From Candidatus Krumholzibacteriia bacterium (GTDB lineage Bacteria > Krumholzibacteriota > Krumholzibacteriia > JAJRXK01): a DNA stretch of 64,000 nt. Location: assembly GCA_041484665.1 (NCBI GenBank), contig JBGPIA010000002.1:704001-768000 (forward strand), read 5' to 3'. Positions within the stretch are counted from its first letter, which is position 1. Every line of letters begins with the position of its first letter. This document shows, piece after piece, positions 28,969 through 39,891 of the stretch. The notes under the pieces are model-generated. The model saw nothing but the letters and a program-made list of their open reading frames with translations. It was not told the DNA's origin and ran no database searches. The position numbers and the translations under genes are program-made.

Positions 28969-30972
28969 CTACGCAGCCTCGCGACTCTCCCGCAGCGACA
29001 CGCGCCACAGATAGACGCAGAATCCCGTGAAGCCGACCAGCGAGACGAGCTGCGAGATGCCCAGGTGGTCGTAGAAGGGCGTCTTGATCCGATCCTCGGC
29101 GTACCAGGGGAAGAGCCGCAGCGCCGCGCCCAGCACGCCGCCCAGAGCGCCGCCGGCCATCAGCCCCGACGCGATGACCACGCCGCGCTCGCGGATCGAG
29201 GCGCCCTTGCGGCCGCCAACCCGCTCGGACCGCCGGGTGAGGAAGTGGTGCAGGAACCCGCCGACCAGGGCCGGCGAGTTCAGCTCCAGCGGCAGGTACA
29301 TCCCCAGGGCGAAGACCAGGGCGGGCACCTTCAGCATCTCCATGACCAGGGCGATCATGGCGCCGGCACCGAACAGCAGGTACGCCACCGGCTGGCGGCT
29401 CATGAACCCCTCGACCAGCGCCTTCATGATCGAAGCCTGGGGGGAGGCCAGCACCACGCGGGTGTCACCCGGCGCGGCCTCGCCGAACTGGAATCCCTTG
29501 GCCAGCATCACGATGGTCAGGCCGGAGGCCACGGACGCCGCGACCACGCCCAGGAACTTGACGCGCTGCTGCGCCGCGGGCGTGGAGCCCAGCCAGTAGC
29601 CGGTCTTCAGGTCGGTGATGGTCTGGCCGGAGACCGACAGCGCGGTGCAGACCATCCCCGCGATCGCCATGACGAAGAACATCCCGGACGTGCCCGACAC
29701 CCCGAACTGCAGCAGCACCACCGACGAGATGATGATGGTCAGCATCGTCATCCCTGAGACCGGATTGCGGGCGGTGGTGGCGATGGCGTTGGCCGCCACC
29801 GAGGTGAAGAAGAACGAGAACACGACGACCAGCAGCAGGCCCAGGATCACGATGCTCAACGAGGCGTGCAGCGTCCCGAAGAAGGCGGCCACGCCCAGGC
29901 TGCTCAGAATGACGCCGACGAGGATCGACATCACGGTGATGTCGCGGTCGGTGCGCTCCAGGCCGCCGTGCTCGCCCTGGCGGAAGGCGCGCGTAGCGAT
30001 GGCGAAGCTCCCCAGCACCACGCGCAGCGACTTGATGATCCCGAAGATCCCGGCGGTCGCGATGCAGCCGACGCCGATGAAGCGCACGTAGCCGCGAAAG
30101 ATCTGATTGGCGTCCATCTGGGCGATGGGCACGGTCGCGGGATAGACCACCGCGTCGGGAAAGTGGCGGCCGATCATCCAGATGAGCGGGACCAGCGCGA
30201 AGTTCGCCAGCACGCCCCCGGCGCACAGGATCATCGAGGAACGCAGCCCCATGACGTAGCCCAGTCCGAGGATGAACGCGACCGCGTCGAAGTTGAACAC
30301 GACCCGCGCGCGTTGCGCGATCCGCTCCACGACCGGAACGAACCGGAAGCTGATGTTCTCGCTCCAGACGTGGAAGGTCGTTACGAGGAAGTCGTAGACG
30401 CCGGCCAGGGCGGTGGCCTGCAGCAGCAGCTTCGCCTGGGAGCCGCCCTTCTCCCCCGTCACCAGTACCTCGGTGATCGCGGTTGCCTCGGGGTAAGGCA
30501 GCTGCCCGTGCATCTCGCGCACGAAATAGCGCCGCAGCGGGATCAGGAACAGCACGCCCAGGCAGCCGCCGGCCAGACAGATGAAGATGGTCTGCAGCGG
30601 GTGCGGATCGAGCTTGAGGATGTAGAGCGCGGGCAGCGTGAAGATGGCGCCCGCGACCACCGCGCCCGAGACGCCGCCGATCCCGGTGATGATCACGTTC
30701 TCCAGCAGCGTGGAGCGGCGCGCGTACACGCGGGCCATTCCGATGGCCAGGATCGAGATGGGGATGGCCGCCTCCATCACCTGCCCGACCTTCAGGCCCG
30801 AGTAGGCCGAGGCGATGGTGAAGATCACGCAGAGGAACAGGCCCCACAGCACCGACCGCGCTGTCAGCTCCGGCATCTTTGCGGGAGCGGGGACGATGGG
30901 CTGGTACACCTCACCCGGCGCGAGCCCGGTGTAGGCGTTCTCGGGCAGTGACTTGGTCTGCGCAGCGTCCAT
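28969..30972 (-). CDS. OPT-family oligopeptide transporter
   Basis: AYSGLKVGQVMEAAIPISI, LENVII, LPYPEATA, NPVSGMT, DLKTGYWLGSTP, APQA-like SPQASIM. Confidence 0.9.
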   Translation of the reverse strand: MDAAQTKSLPENAYTGLAPGEVYQPIVPAPAKMPELTARSVLWGLFLCVIFTIASAYSGLKVGQVMEAAIPISILAIGMARVYARRSTLLENVIITGIGGVSGAVVAGAIFTLPALYILKLDPHPLQTIFICLAGGCLGVLFLIPLRRYFVREMHGQLPYPEATAITEVLVTGEKGGSQAKLLLQATALAGVYDFLVTTFHVWSENISFRFVPVVERIAQRARVVFNFDAVAFILGLGYVMGLRSSMILCAGGVLANFALVPLIWMIGRHFPDAVVYPATVPIAQMDANQIFRGYVRFIGVGCIATAGIFGIIKSLRVVLGSFAIATRAFRQGEHGGLERTDRDITVMSILVGVILSSLGVAAFFGTLHASLSIVILGLLLVVVFSFFFTSVAANAIATTARNPVSGMTMLTIIISSVVLLQFGVSGTSGMFFVMAIAGMVCTALSVSGQTITDLKTGYWLGSTPAAQQRVKFLGVVAASVASGLTIVMLAKGFQFGEAAPGDTRVVLASPQASIMKALVEGFMSRQPVAYLLFGAGAMIALVMEMLKVPALVFALGMYLPLELNSPALVGGFLHHFLTRRSERVGGRKGASIRERGVVIASGLMAGGALGGVLGAALRLFPWYAEDRIKTPFYDHLGISQLVSLVGFTGFCVYLWRVSLRESREAA

Positions 30973-31069
30973 GGGCTCCCTCGTGTCTCGCGCACCATGC
31001 ACGTTGAAGGATCGGTACACCGGATCGAGTGGCCGATGGTAGGGGTCGGCCCCAGGGGCGGGCAAGTTC

Positions 31070-32584
31070 TCAGGTGGGGTGCGGGGAGCGCTCGATCTCG
31101 CGGATCCAGAGACCGAGCCCCACCGTGACGAGCAGGATGAGCGCCACCGCCACGGCCAGCCCAGCCCGCCGGCGCGAGAGCTCGCGCAAGGCGCCCTCCG
31201 CCTGCTCCAGCACGGCGCGCCCACCCTCGGCGCCGCGCCGGTAGGTCTGGGCGAACTGCCCCGGGTCGGAGTGGTCGAAGCTGTGGACCAGCACCTCGAG
31301 CGAGATCTCGGCATCCACCACTGCGCCCAGCTGGAAGGAAGCCTCGCCAACCTCCATGCCGGCGCGCTCGGCGCTGAGCAGCTTGCGCCGCGCGTGGGCC
31401 GCCAGGCGCGTCAGCTCCTGTTGGTCCTTGGAGAAGCCCGCCGCCACGGTGTAGCCAGCGTCGCCCGGCGCGTGGCAGTCGGCGCAGCGCGAGCTCGTCT
31501 CACCGATCTTGCCGACGCGGAACTTCAGGAACAGCTCGTCGAACTCGGCGCTGTGGTGGCGCTGCTTGGCGCGGTCCACCAGCCAGTCGAAGCGAGCCTG
31601 CGGATCGGTGGCGCCCGCGGCCTGCGACGCGGCCAAGAGCGACGCACGCTCGTCAGCGAACCCGGGCGGGTCGCCGGGAGAGTGGCAGATGTCACACGGC
31701 GTCTCGGGCACCGCAGCCAGCATGACGATGCTGGGGCGCGGCACCTCGTGGGAGCCGTGGCACGACATGCACTCGGGCAGCCCCAGCTGGTCGAATGCCG
31801 CTGCCTTCTTGCTGCCGCGGAACAGCTCCGCCTCGCGCGCGTGGCAGGTGCCGCACACGTTGGTTACGGAGTTGACGCCCGGGGGGACCGCACCGTGGTT
31901 GCCGTGGCAGTCGTTGCAGGCGGGGGCCGCGGTGTCCTGCCTCTTGAGCAGCGCGATCCCGTGCACGCTCGCCGTGTACTTCGCGTACTGGTCGGTGGCG
32001 ATGCCGTAGGGCGCCATCTTGACAGCGTCGGCGTGGCAGCGGGCGCAGGTCCGCGGAACGTTCAGGGCGTACACCGGCGAGTTGGGGTTGGACACCGGCA
32101 GCAGACCGTGTACGGAGTGGCAGTCCACGCAGGTCGCCACGGTGGCGTCCCCCTGCTGGTTGCGTTTGCCGTGGACGCTGCTGCGGTACTCGGTCACCTG
32201 GTCGATGCGCGCGCGCGGCTGGAAGCGCCGCATGAACTCGGGATCGGAGTGGCAGCGGCCACACCATTCGGCCTGGCGGCTGCGCTCGGGCTTGCCGACG
32301 AAACCGGCCGCCTTGCTCATGGCGGCCTCGGCATCGCCCGCGACGGCCGGATCGGGATTGCCGCCGTGGCAACCGACGCAACCCAGGCCTTTGGCGGCGT
32401 GCACGTCCAGGTCCCAGACGTCCAGTTTGACGACCAGCTCGGGGGCCACGTCCGCCAGCCCCGCGTGGCAGGTCTCGCAGCTGCTGCGCGGCGCTGCGCT
32501 GGCGCCGCGCACCACACCCGCGCCCGCGGTCACCAGGTAGAGCGCCGCGAGGGTGGGCCCCAAGCGTGAGGCTGCTCCCCTCAT
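31070..32584 (-). CDS. Decaheme cytochrome c with C-terminal membrane anchor (cytochrome c partner of the Rieske/cyt b complex)
   Basis: ATGA overlap with the cytochrome b stop; signal peptide; 10 CxxCH; C-terminal [21 protein letters not shown]. Confidence 0.85.
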   Translation of the reverse strand: MRGAASRLGPTLAALYLVTAGAGVVRGASAAPRSSCETCHAGLADVAPELVVKLDVWDLDVHAAKGLGCVGCHGGNPDPAVAGDAEAAMSKAAGFVGKPERSRQAEWCGRCHSDPEFMRRFQPRARIDQVTEYRSSVHGKRNQQGDATVATCVDCHSVHGLLPVSNPNSPVYALNVPRTCARCHADAVKMAPYGIATDQYAKYTASVHGIALLKRQDTAAPACNDCHGNHGAVPPGVNSVTNVCGTCHAREAELFRGSKKAAAFDQLGLPECMSCHGSHEVPRPSIVMLAAVPETPCDICHSPGDPPGFADERASLLAASQAAGATDPQARFDWLVDRAKQRHHSAEFDELFLKFRVGKIGETSSRCADCHAPGDAGYTVAAGFSKDQQELTRLAAHARRKLLSAERAGMEVGEASFQLGAVVDAEISLEVLVHSFDHSDPGQFAQTYRRGAEGGRAVLEQAEGALRELSRRRAGLAVAVALILLVTVGLGLWIREIERSPHPT

Positions 32585-33798
32585 CGCGCTCCTCCCTTCT
32601 GCTCGCGCGGCGTGGCGAAGACGCCCAACAGAGCGATCGCCGCCACCAGCACCGGAACGACTAGGATGGGCCACCAGGAGCGGTAGCCGATGGCCGTCAG
32701 CACCGCGATGTAGGCGACGACGATGACCCCCACCACCGTGAACACGCGCGCCTCGCCGCCGCGCGCGGCACTGCGGTCCAGGAACGGGACCAGCAGCAGC
32801 AGGAGGGCGCCGCCCATGAAGGCCATGATCGCGTAGGCCTCGTACTCGATCCCCAGCGCCGCGCCGCCCGGCACGTACTTCAGCGTCTGGAACATGAACA
32901 TGAAGTACCATTCGGGCCGGATGTTGGCGAAGGCCGGCGCAAAGGGGTCGGCCTTCTCCCCCAGCTCCCAGGGGAAGAAGGCGGCCAGCGCGGCGAGCAC
33001 GCCCAGCGCGAGCGCCCATCCGATCAGATCGCGCAACAGGAAGTTGGGGAGGAAGCGCATCTGGCGCCCGCCGTGCGACGGGTCGGCGATGCCCGCGGCG
33101 CGCCGCTGGCGCTCCTCCGCGACGGGCACGCTCATGCCCAGCCGCTGCACCAGGAGCAGGTGCAGCGCCAGCAACGCCACCGTGATGGCCGGCAGGATCG
33201 CCACGTGCCAGCCGTAGAAGCGCGAGAGCGTGCCGCCCGTCACGCGGTCGCCGCCGCGCAGGAAGCGCAGGGCCCACCCGCCGATGAAGGGCAGCGTTCC
33301 GGGGATGTCGGTGCCCACCTTGGTCGCGAAGTAGGCGAGCTTGTTCCAGGGCAGCAGGTAGCCGCTGAAGCCGAAGGCCAGCGCCAGGAACAAGAGCAGC
33401 GTGCCCGAGAGCCAGGTCAGCTCGCGCGGCTTGCGGTAGGCCCGCAGGAAGAACACGCTGAACAGGTGCAGGAACGCCGCGGCGATCATCAGGTTGGCCG
33501 ACCACGAGTGGATGGAGCGGATCAGCCACCCGAAGGGCACCTGCGTCATGAGGAATTGCACGGACTCGAAGGCCTCATCGGCGCTGGGGCGGTAGTAGAG
33601 CATCAGCAGGATGCCGGTGCACACCTGCACCATGAAGAAGAAGAGGGTCATCCCGCCCAGGTAGTACCAGACCATCGAGCGGTGGATCGGAACGGTTTTC
33701 TTCCGGGCAGCCTCCTGCAGGACACTGACGCCCAGGCGGTCGTCGAGCCAGCCACGCAGCGTCGTGCGCCGGCCGTCGCTCCCCGTGCGCGTCCCCAC
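32581..33798 (-). CDS. Cytochrome b of a Rieske/cyt b complex (b6 and subunit-IV parts fused)
   Basis: [55 protein letters not shown]. Confidence 0.9.
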   Translation of the reverse strand: MGTRTGSDGRRTTLRGWLDDRLGVSVLQEAARKKTVPIHRSMVWYYLGGMTLFFFMVQVCTGILLMLYYRPSADEAFESVQFLMTQVPFGWLIRSIHSWSANLMIAAAFLHLFSVFFLRAYRKPRELTWLSGTLLLFLALAFGFSGYLLPWNKLAYFATKVGTDIPGTLPFIGGWALRFLRGGDRVTGGTLSRFYGWHVAILPAITVALLALHLLLVQRLGMSVPVAEERQRRAAGIADPSHGGRQMRFLPNFLLRDLIGWALALGVLAALAAFFPWELGEKADPFAPAFANIRPEWYFMFMFQTLKYVPGGAALGIEYEAYAIMAFMGGALLLLLVPFLDRSAARGGEARVFTVVGVIVVAYIAVLTAIGYRSWWPILVVPVLVAAIALLGVFATPREQKGGAR

Positions 33799-33800
33799 CC

Positions 33801-34250
33801 CTAGGCCTCCTTCTCGACCAGGATGTCGCCTGAGGCATCGTCGACGTGGACCTTGTAGCGCGTCAGCGGTCGCGGAGGGGGTCCGGCCACGTTGGTGCCG
33901 TCCAGGTCGTACCACCCGTTGTGGCAGGCGCACCACAGCCGGTGCTCGCCGGGCCGGTACTGGACCGTGCACGAGAGGTGCGTGCAGGTGGCCGAAAAGG
34001 CGCGCACGTCCCCCGGCGCGGCCTCGACCAGGATCCCAGGGTCGGAGCCGAAGCGGAAGATCTTCCAGCCGCTCTGCCGGAGCTCGTCGCGCGTGCCCGC
34101 CTTGACTTGCCGCGTGGCGGCTTCCGGGATGCGCGGTGGACTGATGTAGCGCAGGACCGGGTAGGCAGCGGAGACGAGCAGGCCTCCGACGCTCGTCCCC
34201 AGCAGCCAGCCCAGGAAAGTGCGTCGCGACGCCGGGCGGGCTTCGCTCAA
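33801..34250 (-). CDS. Rieske 2Fe-2S protein
   Basis: Tat motif SRRTFL; CTHLSC and [16 protein letters not shown] start with GGAGG RBS. Confidence 0.9.
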   Translation of the reverse strand: MSEARPASRRTFLGWLLGTSVGGLLVSAAYPVLRYISPPRIPEAATRQVKAGTRDELRQSGWKIFRFGSDPGILVEAAPGDVRAFSATCTHLSCTVQYRPGEHRLWCACHNGWYDLDGTNVAGPPPRPLTRYKVHVDDASGDILVEKEA

Positions 34251-34539
34251 GGCCAAGCCTCCAGAAGCGTTTGGGGGTGGGTCTGCCCTGCGCACCCGGC
34301 GCAGGGACTGCAAGTTCGGCCAAACCAGTCACGGCCGTTGGGACCTGTCAAGATTTTTGTCCCCGCAACGGCTCGCCAGCGCGGTCGTTGGGTGCCCGCA
34401 CCCACGTCGGGCCCGGTTGCGGGAAGGCGAGGCGCGGTTGTACTCTTCCCCGCTCACCCCACCCCACCCCTCGCGCTCCGGCCGGCCCGCCCCTGCAGCC
34501 GAGCGCGCTCCCCCGTCGGGCAGAAGGAGTGCTCGTCTG

Positions 34540-36576
34540 ATGCACGTGATCGAGCCCGCGCGCCTCAAGCCGCGCGTCACGCTCGAGAGCCTGCCCGCGC
34601 CCCCCGCCAGCGATGCGGCCGGCGGAGAGCCGGCCCGCCCCATCCGGGGCCGGGCCCTGATCTTCTGGGATCAAAGGCGTCCCGGGCACAAGCTCGATGC
34701 CATCGACACCGATCAAATCACCCCAGCGGCCGATTGCGTGTCGGAGAGCCTGGCCACCCTCGACGAGCGCTGGAAGGCCGGCGCGTTCCGCTACCTGATG
34801 CCCGACTTCCGCACGCGCGTGCACCGCGGCGAGACCTTCGTCATCGCCGGTGACCGCTTCGCCATCGGGTCGTCGCGCGAGATGAGCCCGGCTGGGCTCA
34901 AGGGCGTGGCCGAGGAGGCGGGGCTCACGCTGGTCGTGGTGTGCGGCGACAACATGGGCGACATCTTCCGCCGCAATGCCTTCAATCTCGGACTGCACGT
35001 GATCCAGAGCCCGCAGGCCGTGGCCGACGCCCGTGACGGCGACGAGCTGGAGTTCGATCCGGCGACGCGACGGCTGGTCAATCTCACCCAGACCCGCAGC
35101 TACGAGCCCGTCCCGCTCACGCCCAAGGAAGACGAGATCCGGCGCTCGGGCGGGATCTTCGCGGTCGGCCGACGCGAATTCCGCGCCTCGCTGCAGCGCG
35201 CGCCGGCGATCGAGTGGCCCGACGCTGAGCAGGCGCGGCGCATGACGACCACCGAGCAGATCGTATGGGCCCATCGGGTGGACAAGAGCGCTACGGTCGA
35301 ACCGGGAGCGACCCTGCGCGTCTACGCCGACCTGCTGCCGGCCTCCGACGGCACTGCGCCGTTTTCCATCCACACCTTCAACCAGATCACAGGCGGCGGC
35401 GCCATCGACCCGCGCCAGGCGGCGATCGCCAACGACCATTTCGTCTTCACCGGCAAGGCGGAGGACGACCGTCAGACAGGCATCGGTCGCGAGTTCGCGC
35501 GGCTGCACGGGCTGCGCAGGCCCTATTACGCGGACCCGGGCGACGGCATCTTCCACTTCTATTTCCCCGAGCAGGGACTGGTGGCGCCGGGGCAGTTCAT
35601 TCCCGGCGCCGACTCCCACAGCCGGGCGTACGGAGCCTACGGCGCCGTGGGGATCGGGGTGGGCTCGACCACGCTGGGGTTCGGCTGGTCGACGGGCTAC
35701 ATCTACTTCACCCTGGCGAAGCAGCGCCGCGTGGTGTTCAGCGGCACGCTGCAGCCGTGGGTCGGCGGCAAGGACATCGTGCTGGAGCTGCTGCGGCGCT
35801 GGGGCGCCCGCCAGTCGCAGGGCATGTCGGTGGAGTTCGTGGACGCGCAGCGGCAACTGCCCATCGCCTACCGCAACACCATCGCCAACATGATGGCCGA
35901 GGGCGAGGCCCAGAACGGCGTCTTCGCTCCCGACGCCGTCACCTTGGCGTGGTATCGCGCCAAGGGGATGGACCCCCTCCCCTACCCGCCCCTGCGCCCG
36001 GGCGCCGACGCGGAGTACGCAATCGATGAGACACTGGATCTCGACAAGATCGTCCCGATGATCGCCAAGCCCTTCTCGCCGGGCAACGCGTACCCGGCCG
36101 TGGAAGTCGCCCGCGAGCGCATCACCTTCGACAAGGCGCTGATCGGCTCGTGCACCAACGGGAGTTACGACGACCTGCTGGCGGCGGCCCTGGTGATCCG
36201 GGCAGCGCGCCGCAACGGCTTCACACGCGTCGCCAAGGAGCTCGTGATCTTCCCGGGCTCCGGGGGTGTGAAGCGCCAGATCGAGCAGCCCGATCCGCGC
36301 CTGGGGGGCGAGTCGATCGCCACGGTCTTGCGCACAGCCGGCGGCCAGGTCCGCGACTCGTGGTGCGGCCCCTGCTTCGGCCAGGGGCCCGACGCGCTGC
36401 GGACCGGCGAGCGCGCCATCACGTCGTTCAATCGCAACTGGCAGAATCGCATGGGGCTCGGCGGCGAGGGCTACCTCGCCAGCCCCGCCGTGGTCGGGGC
36501 GTCGGCGCTGCTGGGCTACATGGCCCCACCCAGTGAGTTGGACCTGCCCTGGGAGCCGGAGCTCTACGGGCTCTGA
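34540..36576 (+). CDS. Aconitase-superfamily hydro-lyase with swivel (LeuD-like) domain fused N-terminally to the large (LeuC-like) domain
   Basis: DAIDTDQITP, GSSRE, IFRRNAFNLG, followed by NDH, GADSHS, IGSCTNG, CGPCFG, FNRNWQNRMG, YLASP. Confidence 0.85.
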   Translation: MHVIEPARLKPRVTLESLPAPPASDAAGGEPARPIRGRALIFWDQRRPGHKLDAIDTDQITPAADCVSESLATLDERWKAGAFRYLMPDFRTRVHRGETFVIAGDRFAIGSSREMSPAGLKGVAEEAGLTLVVVCGDNMGDIFRRNAFNLGLHVIQSPQAVADARDGDELEFDPATRRLVNLTQTRSYEPVPLTPKEDEIRRSGGIFAVGRREFRASLQRAPAIEWPDAEQARRMTTTEQIVWAHRVDKSATVEPGATLRVYADLLPASDGTAPFSIHTFNQITGGGAIDPRQAAIANDHFVFTGKAEDDRQTGIGREFARLHGLRRPYYADPGDGIFHFYFPEQGLVAPGQFIPGADSHSRAYGAYGAVGIGVGSTTLGFGWSTGYIYFTLAKQRRVVFSGTLQPWVGGKDIVLELLRRWGARQSQGMSVEFVDAQRQLPIAYRNTIANMMAEGEAQNGVFAPDAVTLAWYRAKGMDPLPYPPLRPGADAEYAIDETLDLDKIVPMIAKPFSPGNAYPAVEVARERITFDKALIGSCTNGSYDDLLAAALVIRAARRNGFTRVAKELVIFPGSGGVKRQIEQPDPRLGGESIATVLRTAGGQVRDSWCGPCFGQGPDALRTGERAITSFNRNWQNRMGLGGEGYLASPAVVGASALLGYMAPPSELDLPWEPELYGL

Positions 36577-36673
36577 GGCGGGCGGCGGCGCGCCGGGGAG
36601 CTGCGCGCTCCCCTGATTTGCGCCCCCTTGTGCCCACTGTGCCCTCTTGTGCCCCCGATCGGGGCCCGCCCGC

Positions 36674-36700
36674 TCAAACCCTACGGCATTCCCAGACGTC
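36674..36700 (+). promoter_or_regulatory. Putative ECF-type autoregulatory promoter
   Basis: TCAAAC-N17-CGTC about 70 bp upstream of the ECF sigma start. Confidence 0.5.
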
Positions 36701-36769
36701 ATCAAGGGTGGAACCTGCTGCGCACCGGGGACGGGCCCCAGCCCAGCGGCGGCCAGCCCCGGAGACCCG

Positions 36770-37315
36770 ATGACCGACGCCCCGGCCCCCGAAGTCCAGG
36801 ACCGGCTGCTGTCGCGCTGCAGCGCCGGCGAGGTCGGGGCCTTCGCAGAGGTCTACCGACTGTTCGGCCGCGGGCTCTTCGGCACCGCTCTGCGCATGCT
36901 GGGCAACCGCGAGGAGGCGGAGGACGCCGTGCACGAGGCCTTCCTGAGCTTCCACCGACGCGCCGGATCGCTGCCGGACGTGAGCCTGCTGCCCTGGCTG
37001 CGCCGTGTGGTGGCCAACGAGTGCATCGACCGCATCCGGCGCCGCGCGCGCTGGCAAACCTCCGAGATCGAAGAGAGCAATCTCGCCGCGGCTCCGGAGG
37101 CGCCGGCCGGGCTGCGCATCGACCTGGAGCGCGCCGTGCTCCGGCTGCCCGCGGGCGCGCGCACCGTGTTCGTCTTGCACGACGTCGAGGGGTTCCGCCA
37201 CGAGGAGGTCGCGCAGATGCTGGGCATCACCGAGGGCGGGAGCAAGTCGCAGCTGTTTCGGGCGCGCGAGCTGCTGCGCGCACGCCTGCAGGAGCGCCCT
37301 GAGGACGCGCCGTGA
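36770..37315 (+). CDS. ECF RNA polymerase sigma factor
   Basis: Region 2 AEDAVHEAF..WLRRVVANECIDRIRR; region 4 VFVLHDVEGFRHEEVAQMLGITEGGSKSQLFRAR. Confidence 0.92.
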   Translation: MTDAPAPEVQDRLLSRCSAGEVGAFAEVYRLFGRGLFGTALRMLGNREEAEDAVHEAFLSFHRRAGSLPDVSLLPWLRRVVANECIDRIRRRARWQTSEIEESNLAAAPEAPAGLRIDLERAVLRLPAGARTVFVLHDVEGFRHEEVAQMLGITEGGSKSQLFRARELLRARLQERPEDAP

Positions 37316-37956
37316 ACGGACACGGTCCGGACGGCCCTCACGACCGACGCTTTGACGATGACGACCGGCCGACCGGCGCGCTTCGCGCGGCGATCGAGGA
37401 CTGGAAGGCAGCCGCGCCGCCGCCGCTCGCGGAGCTGGAGCAACGCATCCTGGCGTCGCTGCGCGCTGGGGCTGGGCGCGGACGGGCGCGCGTGCCGCGC
37501 CGCCTGTCTCCGTTGCTCGCGCGAAGGGGAGTGCGCTGGATGGCCGCCGCCGCGGCGGTCCTGCTGGCGGTGCTGGGGCTGGCCGAGCTGGACGTGCTCC
37601 CGCTGGGTCTGCATAGCCGCGCCATCACACCGCGCCGCATCCTGGTCGCCGACGCCCTGCGCGCCGCCGAGCAGGCCGAGCAGCAACACGCCGCGGCCAT
37701 CGCCGAGCTGGAGCGCGCGGCGGCCCCGATCCTCGCGCAGGCCGGCGATCCGGGGCTACCCGCGGCCAAGGCGGCGCAGCTGCTGGCGTATCGTGACCGG
37801 CTGCGCGCGCTCGATTCGGCCATTGCAGAAGTGAAGTCGATCCTCGAGCAGAACCCGGGCCACGCCGGCGTACGCACGGTGCTGTTGGCCGCGTACATGG
37901 ACAAGACCCAGCTGCTGCGCGAGGTGCTAGCGCTGGAGAAGGGAGCAAGGTCATGA
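37312..37956 (+). CDS. Putative membrane anti-sigma factor
   Basis: GTGA overlap with the sigma gene; single TM (WMAAAAAVLLAVLG); helical C-terminus LDSAIAE..LEQNPG. Confidence 0.6.
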   Translation: MNGHGPDGPHDRRFDDDDRPTGALRAAIEDWKAAAPPPLAELEQRILASLRAGAGRGRARVPRRLSPLLARRGVRWMAAAAAVLLAVLGLAELDVLPLGLHSRAITPRRILVADALRAAEQAEQQHAAAIAELERAAAPILAQAGDPGLPAAKAAQLLAYRDRLRALDSAIAEVKSILEQNPGHAGVRTVLLAAYMDKTQLLREVLALEKGARS

Positions 37957-39785
37957 GGTGTGGAATGTGGGTGTGGACCTGGCGCTGGGTGCGCGGCGCT
38001 GACCGCGCCTGCGCGGCGATGACGCTGGCCATGTTCGTGCTCGGTGTTCCCGGGCTGAGCGCGCTCTTGCTCAGCGCTCCCGCAGTGGCACAGACGCCCG
38101 CGCCCAAGGCAGCGCCCCCGCCGGCGCGCTCGGCGCGCAGCGCCGGCCCTGCGGCGGCCCCGACACCGCCGGCGGCCCCGACACCGCCGGCTGCCCAGGC
38201 ACCGCCGGGCACCCGTTCCGCGCCGGGCGCCCGACCCGCGCCGGGCTCGGGACCGACACCTCCCGCCGCGCCTGCTCCGGCTGCACGACCCGCACCGAGC
38301 TCCCGGCCCACCCCTGCTCCCGCGCCACCGCCACCGGTGGTCGGCGTCTTCGGCGGCCGCGCGCCGCGCGCCCGCGAGCCGCGCGAGCGCAACTTCGAGC
38401 AGACGGTGCAGGCCAAGGGACGCCCGGTGGAGATCGACGTGCACGCGTGCGAGATCACCGTCCGGGTGGGCGTGGGGGACCAGGTGCACGTGAAGGCCGA
38501 CGCCGAATACTGGTCAAACAGCCAGAAGTGGCTGGACCTGATGGAGAGCGGCCTGCGCGTGGACGTGGAGGAGTCCGCGCAGGCGATCCGGGTCTCCACC
38601 ACGGTGCCCGAATGGAAGGAGCGGGGCTCGGTCGAGATTTCCTTCTCCATCGATCTGCTGGTGGAGGTGCCGGCGAAAACGCCGCTCACCATCGCCGACG
38701 AGTACGGAAACGTGGAGCTCGGGGGCGTCGGCGGGCCGGTTACGCTCTCCGCCACCTCGGGCAACGCCACCGTCTCCGGCGCGCGCGGCAAGGTCGACCT
38801 CGACGTGCGCTACGGGAACATCGAACTCGAAGACATCGAAGGCACCCTGCACACCAGCGGCACCAGCGGCAGCGTGAGCTTGTCGCACATGGTGGGCGCG
38901 GCCCAGATCGAGACCCAGTACGGCAACATCGAGCTAGAGCGCATCGACGGCGAGCTCACGGTGCAGTCCACCAGCGGCAACGTCACCGCCACGGACCTGA
39001 GGAAGCGCGCCGCGATCTCCACGTCCTACGGCACGGTGGAGGTGCACGACGCGGCGGAGATCCTCAGGGTCGACTCGACATCGGGCAACGTGACCGTATC
39101 GGCGGCCAAGAAATCCGCCGAGATCAGCTCCTCGTACGGCGCGGTGAGCGTGGATGGCGTGGGCGGCGACCTGAGCGTGCGCGCCGCCTCGGGCGAAGTC
39201 GACGTGCACGACGTGAGAGGCAAGGCCGCCGTCGAGGGCTCCTATGGCGACGTGCAGGTCACGGGCGTCGGCGGCGACGTCACAATCACCAACGAGAGCG
39301 GCGGTGTGACCCTGATCGACGTGGGCGGCAACGCCAGCGTGCGCTGCAGCTATGCTCCGTGCCGCGTGCAGCAGGTGAAGGGCACGCTCAAGGTGGTGGG
39401 CAGCAGCTCCGACGTGCAGGCGAGCGACGTGGGCGGCGCGATCCAGATCGACGCCAGCTATGCCGGCATTCGCCTGAGCAACGTCCGTGGCGCCCTCACG
39501 GTGCGCAATCAGAGTGGCGCAGTGGAGATCGACGGGCTTTCCGGCGCGGCGCTGAGCGCCACGCACGCCATCGAGACTTCGTACGCCGACATCGAGCTCA
39601 GCTGGCCGCAGGGCGCGCCGGCGAGTTACCGCTTCGAGAGCAGCGGCGGCTCGATCGAGAGCGATCTGGAAGGCCGGTTGGAGGAACGCGGCTCCCAGGT
39701 GGTGCTGGAAGGATCGCACGGCAGCGGCGGAGCCACGCTGCGCCTGAGCACCCAGAGCGGGAGCGTCGTGGTGCGGGAACGGTGA
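37953..39785 (+). CDS. DUF4097-like beta-strand-repeat exported protein with Pro/Ala-rich linker
   Basis: Alternating YG-x-V and TSG-x-V repeats; C-terminal LRLSTQSGSV. Confidence 0.75.
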   Translation: MRCGMWVWTWRWVRGADRACAAMTLAMFVLGVPGLSALLLSAPAVAQTPAPKAAPPPARSARSAGPAAAPTPPAAPTPPAAQAPPGTRSAPGARPAPGSGPTPPAAPAPAARPAPSSRPTPAPAPPPPVVGVFGGRAPRAREPRERNFEQTVQAKGRPVEIDVHACEITVRVGVGDQVHVKADAEYWSNSQKWLDLMESGLRVDVEESAQAIRVSTTVPEWKERGSVEISFSIDLLVEVPAKTPLTIADEYGNVELGGVGGPVTLSATSGNATVSGARGKVDLDVRYGNIELEDIEGTLHTSGTSGSVSLSHMVGAAQIETQYGNIELERIDGELTVQSTSGNVTATDLRKRAAISTSYGTVEVHDAAEILRVDSTSGNVTVSAAKKSAEISSSYGAVSVDGVGGDLSVRAASGEVDVHDVRGKAAVEGSYGDVQVTGVGGDVTITNESGGVTLIDVGGNASVRCSYAPCRVQQVKGTLKVVGSSSDVQASDVGGAIQIDASYAGIRLSNVRGALTVRNQSGAVEIDGLSGAALSATHAIETSYADIELSWPQGAPASYRFESSGGSIESDLEGRLEERGSQVVLEGSHGSGGATLRLSTQSGSVVVRER

Positions 39786-39891
39786 GCGCGGCGTGGGCGG
39801 GGTTGGGATCGCCCGAGCTGGCCGGCGACGGTGACTTCCGGGGCTCGCGGCTGCGGAAGCTTGTCGCGGCCGGCGCGCGCGGCCGTCCGCA

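Noticed and set aside
32585..33529. Apparent N-terminal extension of the decaheme (819-aa ORF); similar extensions on the 10929 and 28969 ORFs
   Set aside because: These are out-of-frame overlaps with upstream genes; signal peptides and ATGA coupling define shorter starts.
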